From Promethearchaeia archaeon (GTDB taxonomy: Archaea; Asgardarchaeota; Lokiarchaeia; Sigyniarchaeales; SOKP01), in NCBI GenBank assembly GCA_046483985.1, contig JAWOCD010000011.1:9202-73201 (forward strand): DNA of 64,000 nucleotides. The letters are read 5' to 3'. The notes beneath the pieces were generated by a model. The model saw nothing but the letters and a program-made list of their open reading frames with translations, did not search any database and was not told the origin of the DNA. A program made the position numbers and the translations under genes. Below, piece after piece: positions 28,533-38,445 of this stretch (position 1 is its first letter; every line of letters starts with the position of its first letter).

Positions 28533-29780
28533 CTATTTCGTTTTTCTTTTTGGCTCATCTGACATGACCATCATCGTGATAAGATTGATAATACCGCCCC
28601 ATCCATGCCCTAATGCCGTGTGCACCGTCTTATCAACTTGATTCCCTGCTTTTCCCATGATTTGTAATGCCGCTTCCGCGGGACGTTCCATCGCTGATGC
28701 TCCAATTGCATTGGTTGAATTTACACCTCCAGAAGCACATACAGGGAGTTCCCCATCGGGAGCTGTGACTCCAGTCTCATACATTTCCGGTGCCGTATTA
28801 GTCTCAAATAATCCCAGTTTTTCAACCCACATAAGTTCTTGATTAGGAAATGGTGCATAGACTTCTGCGTAATCAATTTCTTTATTGGGGAAAGAAATCC
28901 CAGCTTGACTATAAGCTAATTCGGCACTTTTTTGAGCGCCCAATTGCTCCGACGGATCCAACTGACCTGAACCCGAGGCAGCATATCCCATAATTCCCGT
29001 CTCATTGGCAACACTAGCTACTCCATTCACATACACAGGCACATCTACCAATTCTTTAGCCTTTTCTTCGGTTGTAAAAATCATAGCACAGCACCCATCA
29101 GATGCCGGACACACCATCCCAAATCTTAATGGATATGAGATATAGGGAGTATCTAACACTTTATCAATAGTAAGATCAGGCATCTTAAGATGCGTATACC
29201 AATTTTTGGCAGCATTCCTTCGATTTTGGACCACCACACGGGCTAAATCTTCTTCGGTTATCTTCGATTTTCTCATATAATTGGTCGCTTGATAGGACGC
29301 AATCCCGATTGCAGCCCCGGCAGATACCAATCTCTTCAACTTTTGTAAAGGAATCCCTAAGGATTGAGTTGCAGTTAGTTCGCCCAATGCAACACTCGAC
29401 AATCCCACGGTTGTATCCCCAATTGATTGATGTTCAAATGCAATAGCCATCACCGTATCGACACCAGGGATTTCCGCAGCCACGGAATAATATCCTGAGA
29501 TAGCCACAGACCCTCCTGTTGTACCTCCGGTGGTAACACGCATTAAGGGTTTATTTCTCGCTCCCATCCAATCAGTCATCCATAATTCTGGGATACTGGC
29601 CCCCTCGAACGCGGGCATATTTCCATTTACAAACATATCAATATCTTCAATTCCCATTCCTGGTACATTTTCTAAGCAGTTTTCCACAGCTTCACTCACC
29701 ATTTCAGGCATACTCACATCAGAACGACTCTTAGCATGTTCACAAAATCCTGCTGAAGCTATAGCAACTTGTCTACCCAT
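28533..29780 (-). CDS. Ltp3-like thiolase-fold protein, cassette 2
   Basis: Close paralogue of 22737-23981 (RVTTGGTTGGS, AEVYAPF, HTALGHGWGG); likely ATG at 29780. Confidence 0.82.
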   Translation of the reverse strand: MGRQVAIASAGFCEHAKSRSDVSMPEMVSEAVENCLENVPGMGIEDIDMFVNGNMPAFEGASIPELWMTDWMGARNKPLMRVTTGGTTGGSVAISGYYSVAAEIPGVDTVMAIAFEHQSIGDTTVGLSSVALGELTATQSLGIPLQKLKRLVSAGAAIGIASYQATNYMRKSKITEEDLARVVVQNRRNAAKNWYTHLKMPDLTIDKVLDTPYISYPLRFGMVCPASDGCCAMIFTTEEKAKELVDVPVYVNGVASVANETGIMGYAASGSGQLDPSEQLGAQKSAELAYSQAGISFPNKEIDYAEVYAPFPNQELMWVEKLGLFETNTAPEMYETGVTAPDGELPVCASGGVNSTNAIGASAMERPAEAALQIMGKAGNQVDKTVHTALGHGWGGIINLITMMVMSDEPKRKTK

Positions 29781-29781
29781 T

Positions 29782-30921
29782 TTAATTTGCACCTCCTTCT
29801 AAAATAAAAGCAATATTGTTTTGTGCACAGAAACCTATTTGACCCGTTGCGATTGCCCGTTGTGGGTCTTCCACTTGGTGATTACCAGCCTTTCCTTGAA
29901 GCTGTTTAACGGCTTCAATAATTCTTATTATACCCGTTGCAAACGGGGCATTTCCCGCAATCCCTCCACCCGACGGATTAATTGGTAAGTCCCCGTCTAT
30001 CTCAGAATTGATCTCGGGGGCTTTTCCTTTTTCAGCTAAACCGATTGCTTCAGCCAGAATTAATTCTTCGTGGGCAGAATGTTCAAATATTTCAGCAACA
30101 TCAATATCCTCCGCTGAGAGATCAGCAGATTTCAAAGCCAATCTTGCTGCTTTTTCCATTGCTTTATTTTCATATAAGTTTCTATCTCCCAAATAATAGG
30201 TATCTTGGTTATATCCCACTCCAGTAATCCAAATGGGGTTATCAGTTATTTTAAGAGCTTGTTTTTCTGGTGCTAGTAATAAAGCTGCCATCCCGTCACA
30301 CGGATGTGCATACATTGATTCCGTTACTGGAGAACTCATGATTTCGGATTCCATTACATCATCCACCGTAATCTCTGCGTCTTGAGCATCGGGACAAGCC
30401 TTTTCATTCTTGGCAGCATTCTTTCGATTTTTCACTGCAACTTCAGCGATTTCCTCAGCACTTACACCGAACTTCTCCATGTAGGCTCTCATCTGGAAAC
30501 CACCGGCTGTGATATCATTTACCAGCATAGTAGGGCGTTCCCAAGTAGGATCAGATGTATACAAGCGTGCAGCATGATACGGATATGTACTGGGAGTTGA
30601 GCCGCCGTAAACCACTGCCAATTTATGATTTCCGGATAGAATGCGCATCAAGCCATAAAGAACCGCAAACGCGCCGTCCATCTCAACCTTACTTTCGTCT
30701 TCCAAATACGCACCAGCAGGCTCCACGACATATGCATTTGAGATGGTTCTTCCGTCATAATAGTCATTCGTAGCGGAGATCACCGTAGTAATATCCTTTT
30801 TCTTGAGATCGGCATTATCTAATGCGCCCCGGACAGTTTCAAAAATGAGATCATAACGTCCATATTTTAATTTACTCGCTAAAGGACTCTGTTTATATCC
30901 GACTATGCCAACTTTTTGCAT
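29782..30921 (-). CDS. Ltp4-like thiolase-fold protein, cassette 2
   Basis: DYYDGRTIS, ESKVEMDGA and GQIGFCAQNN; paralogue of 23984-25141. Confidence 0.82.
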   Translation of the reverse strand: MQKVGIVGYKQSPLASKLKYGRYDLIFETVRGALDNADLKKKDITTVISATNDYYDGRTISNAYVVEPAGAYLEDESKVEMDGAFAVLYGLMRILSGNHKLAVVYGGSTPSTYPYHAARLYTSDPTWERPTMLVNDITAGGFQMRAYMEKFGVSAEEIAEVAVKNRKNAAKNEKACPDAQDAEITVDDVMESEIMSSPVTESMYAHPCDGMAALLLAPEKQALKITDNPIWITGVGYNQDTYYLGDRNLYENKAMEKAARLALKSADLSAEDIDVAEIFEHSAHEELILAEAIGLAEKGKAPEINSEIDGDLPINPSGGGIAGNAPFATGIIRIIEAVKQLQGKAGNHQVEDPQRAIATGQIGFCAQNNIAFILEGGAN

Positions 30922-30923
30922 CT

Positions 30924-31400
30924 TTACTCCTCACCTCCAGCTTTAATAAACCCTTCAATATCTTCTGGGCTTCCCTTGGGTTTTTCTGCCCATTTTACTT
31001 TCACTTTCAGTCCCGTTTCTAATTCTTCTGGTTCCATATCTAATAATTCATAGATGATTGAGGTGGAGCATCCATCTATCTGTACCATTCCAATCATTCG
31101 TTTAGAGCTCACGGTTCTTGCCCCTCTTTCATTAACTTTATAGGGGGTCAGAGTATAATTCACCAAGGTTCCTGTGTCTGGAAGGTCTACCCAATTCTCT
31201 TCTAAGGGGATAGTAACATGGCATTTTCCGCAGATTTTTCTCGGGGGGAGAAACACATCATTGCATTCCGGACATTGATTCCCAATCAATTCTTTATTCT
31301 CAAATTCGTCAAACATTTTATCCATGTATTTTCCCACATAAAAGTCGAAATTGGCTCGGACCATTCCACGATTTGTTACGATTACTTTGTCATTTGACAT
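30924..31400 (-). CDS. DUF35 Zn-ribbon/OB-fold protein (cassette 2, upstream)
   Basis: CPEC..VFLPPRKICGKC; shares RGMVRAxFDF and MDK with 25119-25595; likely ATG at 31400. Confidence 0.92.
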   Translation of the reverse strand: MSNDKVIVTNRGMVRANFDFYVGKYMDKMFDEFENKELIGNQCPECNDVFLPPRKICGKCHVTIPLEENWVDLPDTGTLVNYTLTPYKVNERGARTVSSKRMIGMVQIDGCSTSIIYELLDMEPEELETGLKVKVKWAEKPKGSPEDIEGFIKAGGEE

Positions 31401-31565
31401 TTTTTTTCCTTCTTCTAAATTTGGATTAAATAAATTTTCTAATAAACTATTTGTTTTCAATCAATTTAAAGGTTTTAATTAAAAATTATCATAATCCCAA
31501 ATTTGTTAAACTTTAATTATGAAAAATAGAAAATCTGATCACTAAATATAAAAAAAAATTAAAAT

Positions 31566-31937
31566 TTATTGAGATTTTAATGCAGCAGTTATGGCTCTGG
31601 TTAATCGAATAACTTCCATTACTTTTCCTTGTTCGACGGTGATTTCCTCTCTAGAAATCGCGTGGGTGAAATCTCCTTGTCCATTGCAAATCTTAACAAT
31701 GGCTTCCGAATCTCCAGACATAATGATATCGGGGTTTTCTGCCTTTCCTTCATACAGTTCTCCTTTTGTGTCTTCGATCTGAAGATAAAACGGTTTTTGA
31801 TCGTCCAAATTAAATTGAAATACCATGTCCCAGTTGACATCGGTACCGGCTTTATTGGTCACAAAGACTTGACGGGCTTTTCGCGTATCATTCACTTTCT
31901 TGATAATTTCTTCTAAATTCTTTTTTGGCTCGCTCAT
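31566..31937 (-). CDS. SCP2 sterol/lipid-binding domain protein
   Basis: FQFNL..PFYLQI...G.AENPDIIMSGDSEAIVKICNGQGDFTHA pattern. Confidence 0.88.
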   Translation of the reverse strand: MSEPKKNLEEIIKKVNDTRKARQVFVTNKAGTDVNWDMVFQFNLDDQKPFYLQIEDTKGELYEGKAENPDIIMSGDSEAIVKICNGQGDFTHAISREEITVEQGKVMEVIRLTRAITAALKSQ

Positions 31938-32443
31938 TCTTTCTCGCCTCCTTCAAATTCTGGTTTTTGTATCCAATTTTCATATTCTCCTTCGGGAACA
32001 AAGAAAAAATCCGTAATTTTTCCTTCCCGATCTTCTTCCTTCTTAAAGACTGCGCGAACTATTTCTCCTTTTTTGATTTTGGAAGGGACTAAGTTTTCCG
32101 AAAAGATTCCTTGTAGCATAGCCGTATCTGCCTCATCCAATCGGATAAACGCAATCCCATATGGAACATTTTGGATAAAGTCAGATGTGGTATACCAGAC
32201 GATTGTGCTGACCTCAATAGTTCCCGTATGGGGAAGTTCAATCCACTCGGTATCTTCGTAGCAATCAGAACATGCAATTCTGGGCGGCATCCAGACTTTC
32301 CCGCACTTCTTACACTGAGTTCCCAGCAATTTTTTCTCATTCATCAAGTCTATAAAGAACTTTGATTGACCACCCAGTGTATATTTGTAGGATATCTTGA
32401 TTTGATCTCTTATCTGATGTTCTTGAAAATCTTTCTCACTCAT
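31934..32443 (-). CDS. DUF35 Zn-ribbon/OB-fold protein
   Basis: CKKC..VWMPPRIACSDC and PY.IAFIRLDEADT. Confidence 0.92.
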   Translation of the reverse strand: MSEKDFQEHQIRDQIKISYKYTLGGQSKFFIDLMNEKKLLGTQCKKCGKVWMPPRIACSDCYEDTEWIELPHTGTIEVSTIVWYTTSDFIQNVPYGIAFIRLDEADTAMLQGIFSENLVPSKIKKGEIVRAVFKKEEDREGKITDFFFVPEGEYENWIQKPEFEGGEKE

Positions 32444-33693
32444 TCTTTTATCAACCCCTCCTTATTTGCCATTGTAATTACGGCAGCATATGCTGCCCCC
32501 GGTCCACCAATTGAATGAGAAAGTGCACGTCCATGTTTTATGGAAACTTGATGCTTTCCAGCATCTTCTCGTAATTGAAGTGCAGCTTCACCCGTTGACA
32601 TAATCCCCGTGGCGCCTACGGCATGACCACATCCAATTAATCCACCTGACGGGCAGCAAGGTAATTCACCGTCAATCCATGGTCCCTCTCCGGTATTAGG
32701 TCCGGATTCAATCCATTTTCCTCCTTGTCCGAAGTCAACAAATCCGAGTTCCTCATAACTGATTACCTCTTGGCCGGAAAAGGCATCATGTAACTCCGCC
32801 ACATCAATTTGATCCTTAATGTTATCATAATCCAATCCCGCCATCTCATAGGCTTTTTTTGCTGCATTAATATTCGAATATAACCTCCCCAAATCCTCTC
32901 TATTTCCAATAAAGCAATCGGTATTGGCAGCTCCAACACCCGTGATCCAAATTGGCTTTTCAATTCCCAACTCCTTTACCTTATCTTCATTGGCTAATAT
33001 TAAGGCGGCAGACGCTTCTGAATAAAGACAACAATCTAACATCTTGAATGGATAACAAATGATCCTTGAATTCATAACATCTTGAACGTTTATGTCCATT
33101 GGAGATTGCGCTTTGGGATTTAACATTGCATTTTTATGATTTTTTACAGAGACCAGTGCCATTTGTTCTTCAGTCGGATTTCCAAACTCTTCTTTATGTG
33201 CGTTGACCATGGATACATACGAACTTGCCGCCATCATACCTAATGGATATTCATAAGTCATATCAGCACTGTAGGCGATAGCATTAAGAACTTCTGGAGT
33301 GGTTGTCCCTGTCTGTTCGTCATAACAATCATTGCATTTTTCTACTCCTAGACATAAAGATAAGTCGGAAAGACCCGAAGCAACTTCCGCATATGCCATT
33401 CGTACAGTGTATCCTCCTGTAGCCCCACCGGAGGCAATTCTTGTCCCCGGTTTATCATTCATTCCAATATAGCTATTTGTGAAAATATCTGGCATAAACT
33501 GTCGTTCAAATAATTCATTATAAATCCCGTAGACAGTCGATTCGAGATTCTTGTGGGTAATATTGGCACCATTCCGGTTTGCATCTTCAAGTGCTAATTT
33601 TGTAGCATCGTAGGCTAATTCAAAATAAGTCTTATCCAAATAGCGAGCTTTAAATGGTGTAATTCCAACCCCTATTATAGCTACTTTCTTCAT
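32440..33693 (-). CDS. SCPx-type thiolase-fold protein lacking the N-terminal Cys
   Basis: IASGGATGG (Gly for Cys), KNHKNA..NP.AQ, AELHDAF and GHAVGATG. Confidence 0.85.
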   Translation of the reverse strand: MKKVAIIGVGITPFKARYLDKTYFELAYDATKLALEDANRNGANITHKNLESTVYGIYNELFERQFMPDIFTNSYIGMNDKPGTRIASGGATGGYTVRMAYAEVASGLSDLSLCLGVEKCNDCYDEQTGTTTPEVLNAIAYSADMTYEYPLGMMAASSYVSMVNAHKEEFGNPTEEQMALVSVKNHKNAMLNPKAQSPMDINVQDVMNSRIICYPFKMLDCCLYSEASAALILANEDKVKELGIEKPIWITGVGAANTDCFIGNREDLGRLYSNINAAKKAYEMAGLDYDNIKDQIDVAELHDAFSGQEVISYEELGFVDFGQGGKWIESGPNTGEGPWIDGELPCCPSGGLIGCGHAVGATGIMSTGEAALQLREDAGKHQVSIKHGRALSHSIGGPGAAYAAVITMANKEGLIKE

Positions 33694-33873
33694 TTTTATA
33701 CTCCTTTTTGTAAAAATTTTTATATTTTTTATTGAATTCTTAATTTATTTTTGATTTCTTTATTAGATAATTAATTTTAAACGAAATACTATTTATAATT
33801 AAACATTTTTAAGTTAATAAAACAAAATTATCTTAAATTATTTCAAAAAGTAATAAAATATATGTGATTCCTC

Positions 33874-34896
33874 TTGTTAAAAACTAAAATAACAGAAAAA
33901 TTTGGAATTAAGTACCCGATTATGAGTGCTCCAATGGGTCCTTTTTATACAACAGAATTGACTATTGCGACTTCCGAGGCGGGAGGTCTGGGTGTATTAT
34001 CTCATGCAACTCTCATGGGGAAGAATTCTATTGAAGATATGAAGGATCAAATTGATTACGTTGTTGAACATACAGATAAACCCTTCGGAGTAAATATTCG
34101 AACTGCTCGAGTACAAACCGACCATAAAATTCTGTTAAGAAAAATAAGAGAATGGAGAAATAAGAACCCAAAGATTAGGGAACAATTAATCTACGGATTA
34201 ACAAGCGCTGGGGGACCCCATTATGCGAGAAAAATATGGGGGGAAAAATCGCCAGGATTAAATCATTATCATGTAGCGCCTGCAATGTGGCTCATTGATA
34301 AAGTTGTAGAACAAGGGTGTGATGGAATTGTTGCAACCGGAACAGAAGGAGGAGGGCATCAATCTTATGAAAAGATTACAAGCTTGGTGCTTTTACAAGA
34401 AGTTGCCCGAAAATATCCTGATATGCCATTAGTTGCATGTGGCGGTATTGCTTCTCCGGAAGGAATTGCAGCTTCAATTGCCTTAGGTGCCGATGCGGTT
34501 ACTATGGGGACCCGATTTATTGCTTCTGAACAAAGTGAATTTCATCCGAAATATAAGAATCTTATCCCCCCCGCGGAAGACCGAGATACCCTCTTAACAA
34601 CCGGAGGATTTGGCCCTATTAGACTTATTAAGAATAAATACGCCTTAGAACATGGAAAAGTCATCTCTAAAGAAGAGAAAATTGCTCAAGAATTATCATA
34701 TGATATTGATGAATATATCAAAGATTTGAAAAAATATGAGATAGTCTATACCAAAGGCGATGTGGAGAATGGTGCAATCCCCGTAGGACAATCTTGTGGA
34801 ATTATTAAGGAAATAAAAGACGTTGATGACATTATTACCACGTTTACTAAAAAAACTGAAGAAATTCTACAAGAAGCGTGTTCTAAAATATCTTAA
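33874..34896 (+). CDS. Nitronate monooxygenase/FabK-family FMN oxidoreductase
   Basis: YPIMSAPMG, EAGGLG, KPFGVN, GTEGGGH, ACGGIA and GTRFIAS motifs. Confidence 0.9.
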   Translation: MLKTKITEKFGIKYPIMSAPMGPFYTTELTIATSEAGGLGVLSHATLMGKNSIEDMKDQIDYVVEHTDKPFGVNIRTARVQTDHKILLRKIREWRNKNPKIREQLIYGLTSAGGPHYARKIWGEKSPGLNHYHVAPAMWLIDKVVEQGCDGIVATGTEGGGHQSYEKITSLVLLQEVARKYPDMPLVACGGIASPEGIAASIALGADAVTMGTRFIASEQSEFHPKYKNLIPPAEDRDTLLTTGGFGPIRLIKNKYALEHGKVISKEEKIAQELSYDIDEYIKDLKKYEIVYTKGDVENGAIPVGQSCGIIKEIKDVDDIITTFTKKTEEILQEACSKIS

Positions 34897-34946
34897 TTAT
34901 TTCTTTTTACCCTATTTTTTTTAATATTTTATTTAAACTAAAAACT

Positions 34947-35198
34947 ATGAAATCAGCAACAAAAAGATTAGAACAGAAATTTAAGGAACTTTCTAGTTTC
35001 ATCTATAAGGCAATTACAGTTGGAGAATGTGTGGGCTGTGGTACTTGTGTTAAGTTCTGTCCTCTAAAGATACGGGTATTTGATGTACATAAAAAGGCGA
35101 AAACAATAAACACTTATAAAACTTGTCATGGTTGTTCTGTTTGTGTGAAACGTTGCCCTCTAAATGCGATACAACTCATTAACACGAAAAAACTTTAG
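34947..35198 (+). CDS. 2x[4Fe-4S] ferredoxin
   Basis: CVGCGTCVKFCP and CHGCSVCVKRCP. Confidence 0.9.
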   Translation: MKSATKRLEQKFKELSSFIYKAITVGECVGCGTCVKFCPLKIRVFDVHKKAKTINTYKTCHGCSVCVKRCPLNAIQLINTKKL

Positions 35199-35233
35199 GA
35201 GAAATATTAAGAGTTCATAACTTTTCCTTGATG

Positions 35234-36397
35234 TTAGGGTATCCAATTCTGTTTTTTATACCAAATTACATTTTTAATGATTCCTTCCCGAAATTTAGGG
35301 TATTTATATTTGAATCCAAGTTTCTGAAGCTTTTTAGTGTCCCAGATGTAGTTTGATTGGAAATAGGTAAACCATTCCTTAGAAATATTGACCGGGATTT
35401 TGGTGAATTCATAGTCCATGTATAATCCATATAACTTAAATAGGAATGAAAGAATCATCGCAACCAACTTTGAAATATATTTATTAAAAATCTTGTCGAA
35501 GCGCTGGATTAAAAACTTAGATAAAGGTATGACCCCCCAATTGAAGGACATTTTCTCAGAAGCCATCATTAAATTAAAAAAATCGATGCTATTGATCGGA
35601 TCCAAATCGGCAATATTGTATGCTTCTCCAATAGCTTCGTCTTTTTCTAATATCAGCGCACATGCCCTGATAATATCTTCCACGTGAACAAAATGTAAGT
35701 ATGTAGCTCCTCGGCATGGAATGGCTAAAAGGGAAAGGAGAAGATACTTTAAAAATCCAGAAAAGAGGTTTCTGCAGATGGATGCAATTTGGAAAAAAAT
35801 TGCCAATCCATATCGGTTTTTGGGTCCATAGATAAGCGTTGGTCTGAAAACTGTGACCGGAAGCCCCTTTTTATAATATTTCCAAGCAAAATTTTCGCCC
35901 ATAAATTTTGTAATTCCGTATGGACTATTTGGCTTTTGAGGTTCACTTTCTTTATAAGGTTTTAAATCTGTGTAAGGATTCGACCCTCTGTTTTCATACG
36001 GCGTTCCGTAGATTGAAACGGTGGAAATATGAATGATATGTCTCCAATTATTTACTTGATAGGCTGCAGCCATTACATTCTTTGTTAATGCAACATTGAT
36101 AAGAAATAGCTTTTCGGGAGAAGCACTAAATTTAAACAATCCAGCAAGATGTATCATATATGCTTCGTCACATTCTTGGATAAGACGTTTAAATAAGGGG
36201 ACTAAATTATCATGTAATAAGTCTATTTTAATGGTTTCTATTTTTTCACCTTTAGCTGCAATATTTTTCAACTCAGTATCATTTATATCAATCGCAACGA
36301 TATGGTACTCTCGATTTATAAAATTATCTACTATATTCTTACCTAAGAAACCTCCCGCTCCCGTTATTATTACAGATTTATTATATTTACTACTCAT
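35234..36397 (-). CDS. Extended SDR, NAD-dependent epimerase/3-beta-hydroxysteroid-dehydrogenase-like
   Basis: TGAGGFLG, HLAG, ISTVSIYG, YGITK (YxxxK), RPTLIYGP, FVHVED and GEAYNI; hydrophobic C-terminal insertions. Confidence 0.85.
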   Translation of the reverse strand: MSSKYNKSVIITGAGGFLGKNIVDNFINREYHIVAIDINDTELKNIAAKGEKIETIKIDLLHDNLVPLFKRLIQECDEAYMIHLAGLFKFSASPEKLFLINVALTKNVMAAAYQVNNWRHIIHISTVSIYGTPYENRGSNPYTDLKPYKESEPQKPNSPYGITKFMGENFAWKYYKKGLPVTVFRPTLIYGPKNRYGLAIFFQIASICRNLFSGFLKYLLLSLLAIPCRGATYLHFVHVEDIIRACALILEKDEAIGEAYNIADLDPINSIDFFNLMMASEKMSFNWGVIPLSKFLIQRFDKIFNKYISKLVAMILSFLFKLYGLYMDYEFTKIPVNISKEWFTYFQSNYIWDTKKLQKLGFKYKYPKFREGIIKNVIWYKKQNWIP

Positions 36398-36426
36398 TGA
36401 TTAAAACTTTCTTTTTTGTTTATATT

Positions 36427-38445
36427 CTAGGTGAGTACACTCATATCATAAAAATCTGTCAAACGATCTTCCATAATTAAAAATTCCTTATTTATCTCAT
36501 ATAGCCTATCAATTGTATCGGAAAACTCATCATAAACTTTATTGCGCTTGAATTTTAAAGTGGGGGTTAGAAAGCCTTCTTTTTCAGAAAAATATTGACA
36601 GCTGATTGCAAATCTTTTTGGTCGAGAGAATTCCGCCACATCTTCAGTGAATTCTACAACCTCTTCTTTTATTAACTTTTGAATTTTCTCATTCTTAACT
36701 AAATCCTTCAATGTTTCATACTCTATTTCATGGTTCTTAGCAAATTTTTTCAACGGTTCTTGATAGGGAACTACAATTGCGGTAAGGTATTTTTTTTCTT
36801 GGCCCGTGAGCACAATCTGAGCTATAATTCTTGAATAAGGAACAATCATCCCTTCCACTAACGCGGGACTTATCATTTTACCGGTAGATAGTTTGATAAT
36901 TGCCTTCTTTCTTCCAATAATCCTAACGTAACCATCCTCATCAATTTCAGCTAAATCCCCTGTATGGAGCCATCCCTCATCATCAAGCGCAGCTTGAGTC
37001 AGCTTCGGCTTTTTCCAATAACCTTTCATTATATTAGGGCCTTTAAGCAATAATTCTCCCTCCTCGGTGAGCTTTTGCTGCATATTTTCATATGGATTAA
37101 GATACTCTGGAATTTCCATAAGAGGTCCCACAGTCCCTATTTTTTCATAAACCTCAACTTTTTTATCGAAGTTCGGTCGAAAATCCGAATTATCTTTTGT
37201 TCGCGAATAATGAGTTGCTGGAGCCGCCTCAGTCAATCCATATCCCTCTGCAATATTAAAGCCACACGACCAGAAAAATAAGATCAGTTCCTCAGAAATT
37301 GAAGCGGAAGCCGTAGCAAGCAATTGCAACTTGCCTCCCATTTCTTTCTGAATCCTTTTTAGAATTAGATGTTGATAAAACCAATATTTTATTCTTAACC
37401 ATAAGGGATTCTTTTTACCCTCTATTTTATTTTTATAATATTGTTTCCCCGTGGACACAGCACTATTGAAAATGCTTTGAACCATAGGACTCATCTTTTC
37501 TACGGTGTTAATAATTCGTTCATAAATCTTTTGATAGAGATATGGAACACCCACCATGATAGTTGGCTTAAAAACTTGAAATGCCTTTTGAATTTGTTCT
37601 TGTGTCTTGCCTCCCACATAATTAATGGTTGAAGAATTAAAAATTAGTCCATATTCTTCCACAGTTCTTCCATAAGAATGAGCGTAAGGCATATAGGTAA
37701 TGGATCCTTCTCCCCAGGGTTTTTTCCCTTTTTCCAAGGTTAGGGCGATGGCAGATACAACGAGAGTATCAGATAAAAAGTTTTTATGAGTAAGCATAAC
37801 TCCTTTCGGTATACCGGTTGTTCCCGAGGTATAAATTAGACTGGCTAAGTCATCCTCATAGATATTTGCGATTGAACCGTTAAACAGATCGGGATGGTTC
37901 TTTTCATAATCCTTTCCTTTTTGCATAAATTCTTCCCATAAAATTACATTGGACTTGTTCAATTCATCATTGATTTCTTCAAATACAATGATGTTTTCTA
38001 CTTTTGGTACTTTTTCTTGAATGGCGTAAAACTTTTTCAAATTCTCTTGGGTATCAATGATTAATGCAATTGATTCTGAATCCTTGATGATATATAAGAT
38101 TTCTTTCGGTTTTAATTGGGGATAAATTGCAATAGTTATTCCACCTAAGCATTGAATTCCTAAATCCGCCCAAGCCCAATATTGAGAGGTTTCAGCACAG
38201 ATTGAAATATGGTCTCCTTTTTTTAAGCCCAGAGATCGGAGCCCATAAAATACTGTTTTGATAATCCCGTAAAGATCCTTATATTTTATAGATTCCACTG
38301 TTTCTCCATCTTCCTTGAACCATCTCATTACAATTTCTTCTGGAGTATGATCGATGGTTTCGAGCACCATCTCTGCAATATTATTATATCTTTTAAGTCT
38401 GAGATACGGCGACCATTTGGTTTCGGTATAATAATCTTCCGACAT
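36427..38445 (-). CDS. Long-chain fatty acid-CoA ligase (FACL/FadD15-like)
   Basis: YTSGTTGIPKGVMLTH, EGYGLTE, WLHTGDL and LTPTLKFKR; likely ATG at 38445. Confidence 0.92.
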   Translation of the reverse strand: MSEDYYTETKWSPYLRLKRYNNIAEMVLETIDHTPEEIVMRWFKEDGETVESIKYKDLYGIIKTVFYGLRSLGLKKGDHISICAETSQYWAWADLGIQCLGGITIAIYPQLKPKEILYIIKDSESIALIIDTQENLKKFYAIQEKVPKVENIIVFEEINDELNKSNVILWEEFMQKGKDYEKNHPDLFNGSIANIYEDDLASLIYTSGTTGIPKGVMLTHKNFLSDTLVVSAIALTLEKGKKPWGEGSITYMPYAHSYGRTVEEYGLIFNSSTINYVGGKTQEQIQKAFQVFKPTIMVGVPYLYQKIYERIINTVEKMSPMVQSIFNSAVSTGKQYYKNKIEGKKNPLWLRIKYWFYQHLILKRIQKEMGGKLQLLATASASISEELILFFWSCGFNIAEGYGLTEAAPATHYSRTKDNSDFRPNFDKKVEVYEKIGTVGPLMEIPEYLNPYENMQQKLTEEGELLLKGPNIMKGYWKKPKLTQAALDDEGWLHTGDLAEIDEDGYVRIIGRKKAIIKLSTGKMISPALVEGMIVPYSRIIAQIVLTGQEKKYLTAIVVPYQEPLKKFAKNHEIEYETLKDLVKNEKIQKLIKEEVVEFTEDVAEFSRPKRFAISCQYFSEKEGFLTPTLKFKRNKVYDEFSDTIDRLYEINKEFLIMEDRLTDFYDMSVLT

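Noticed and set aside
22737-33693. Thiolase-DUF35 genes as the archaeal mevalonate thiolase/HMG-CoA synthase complex or PhlABC
   Set aside because: There is no HMG-CoA synthase/PhlA gene in the window, and the catalytic Cys is missing from all five thiolase-fold proteins.
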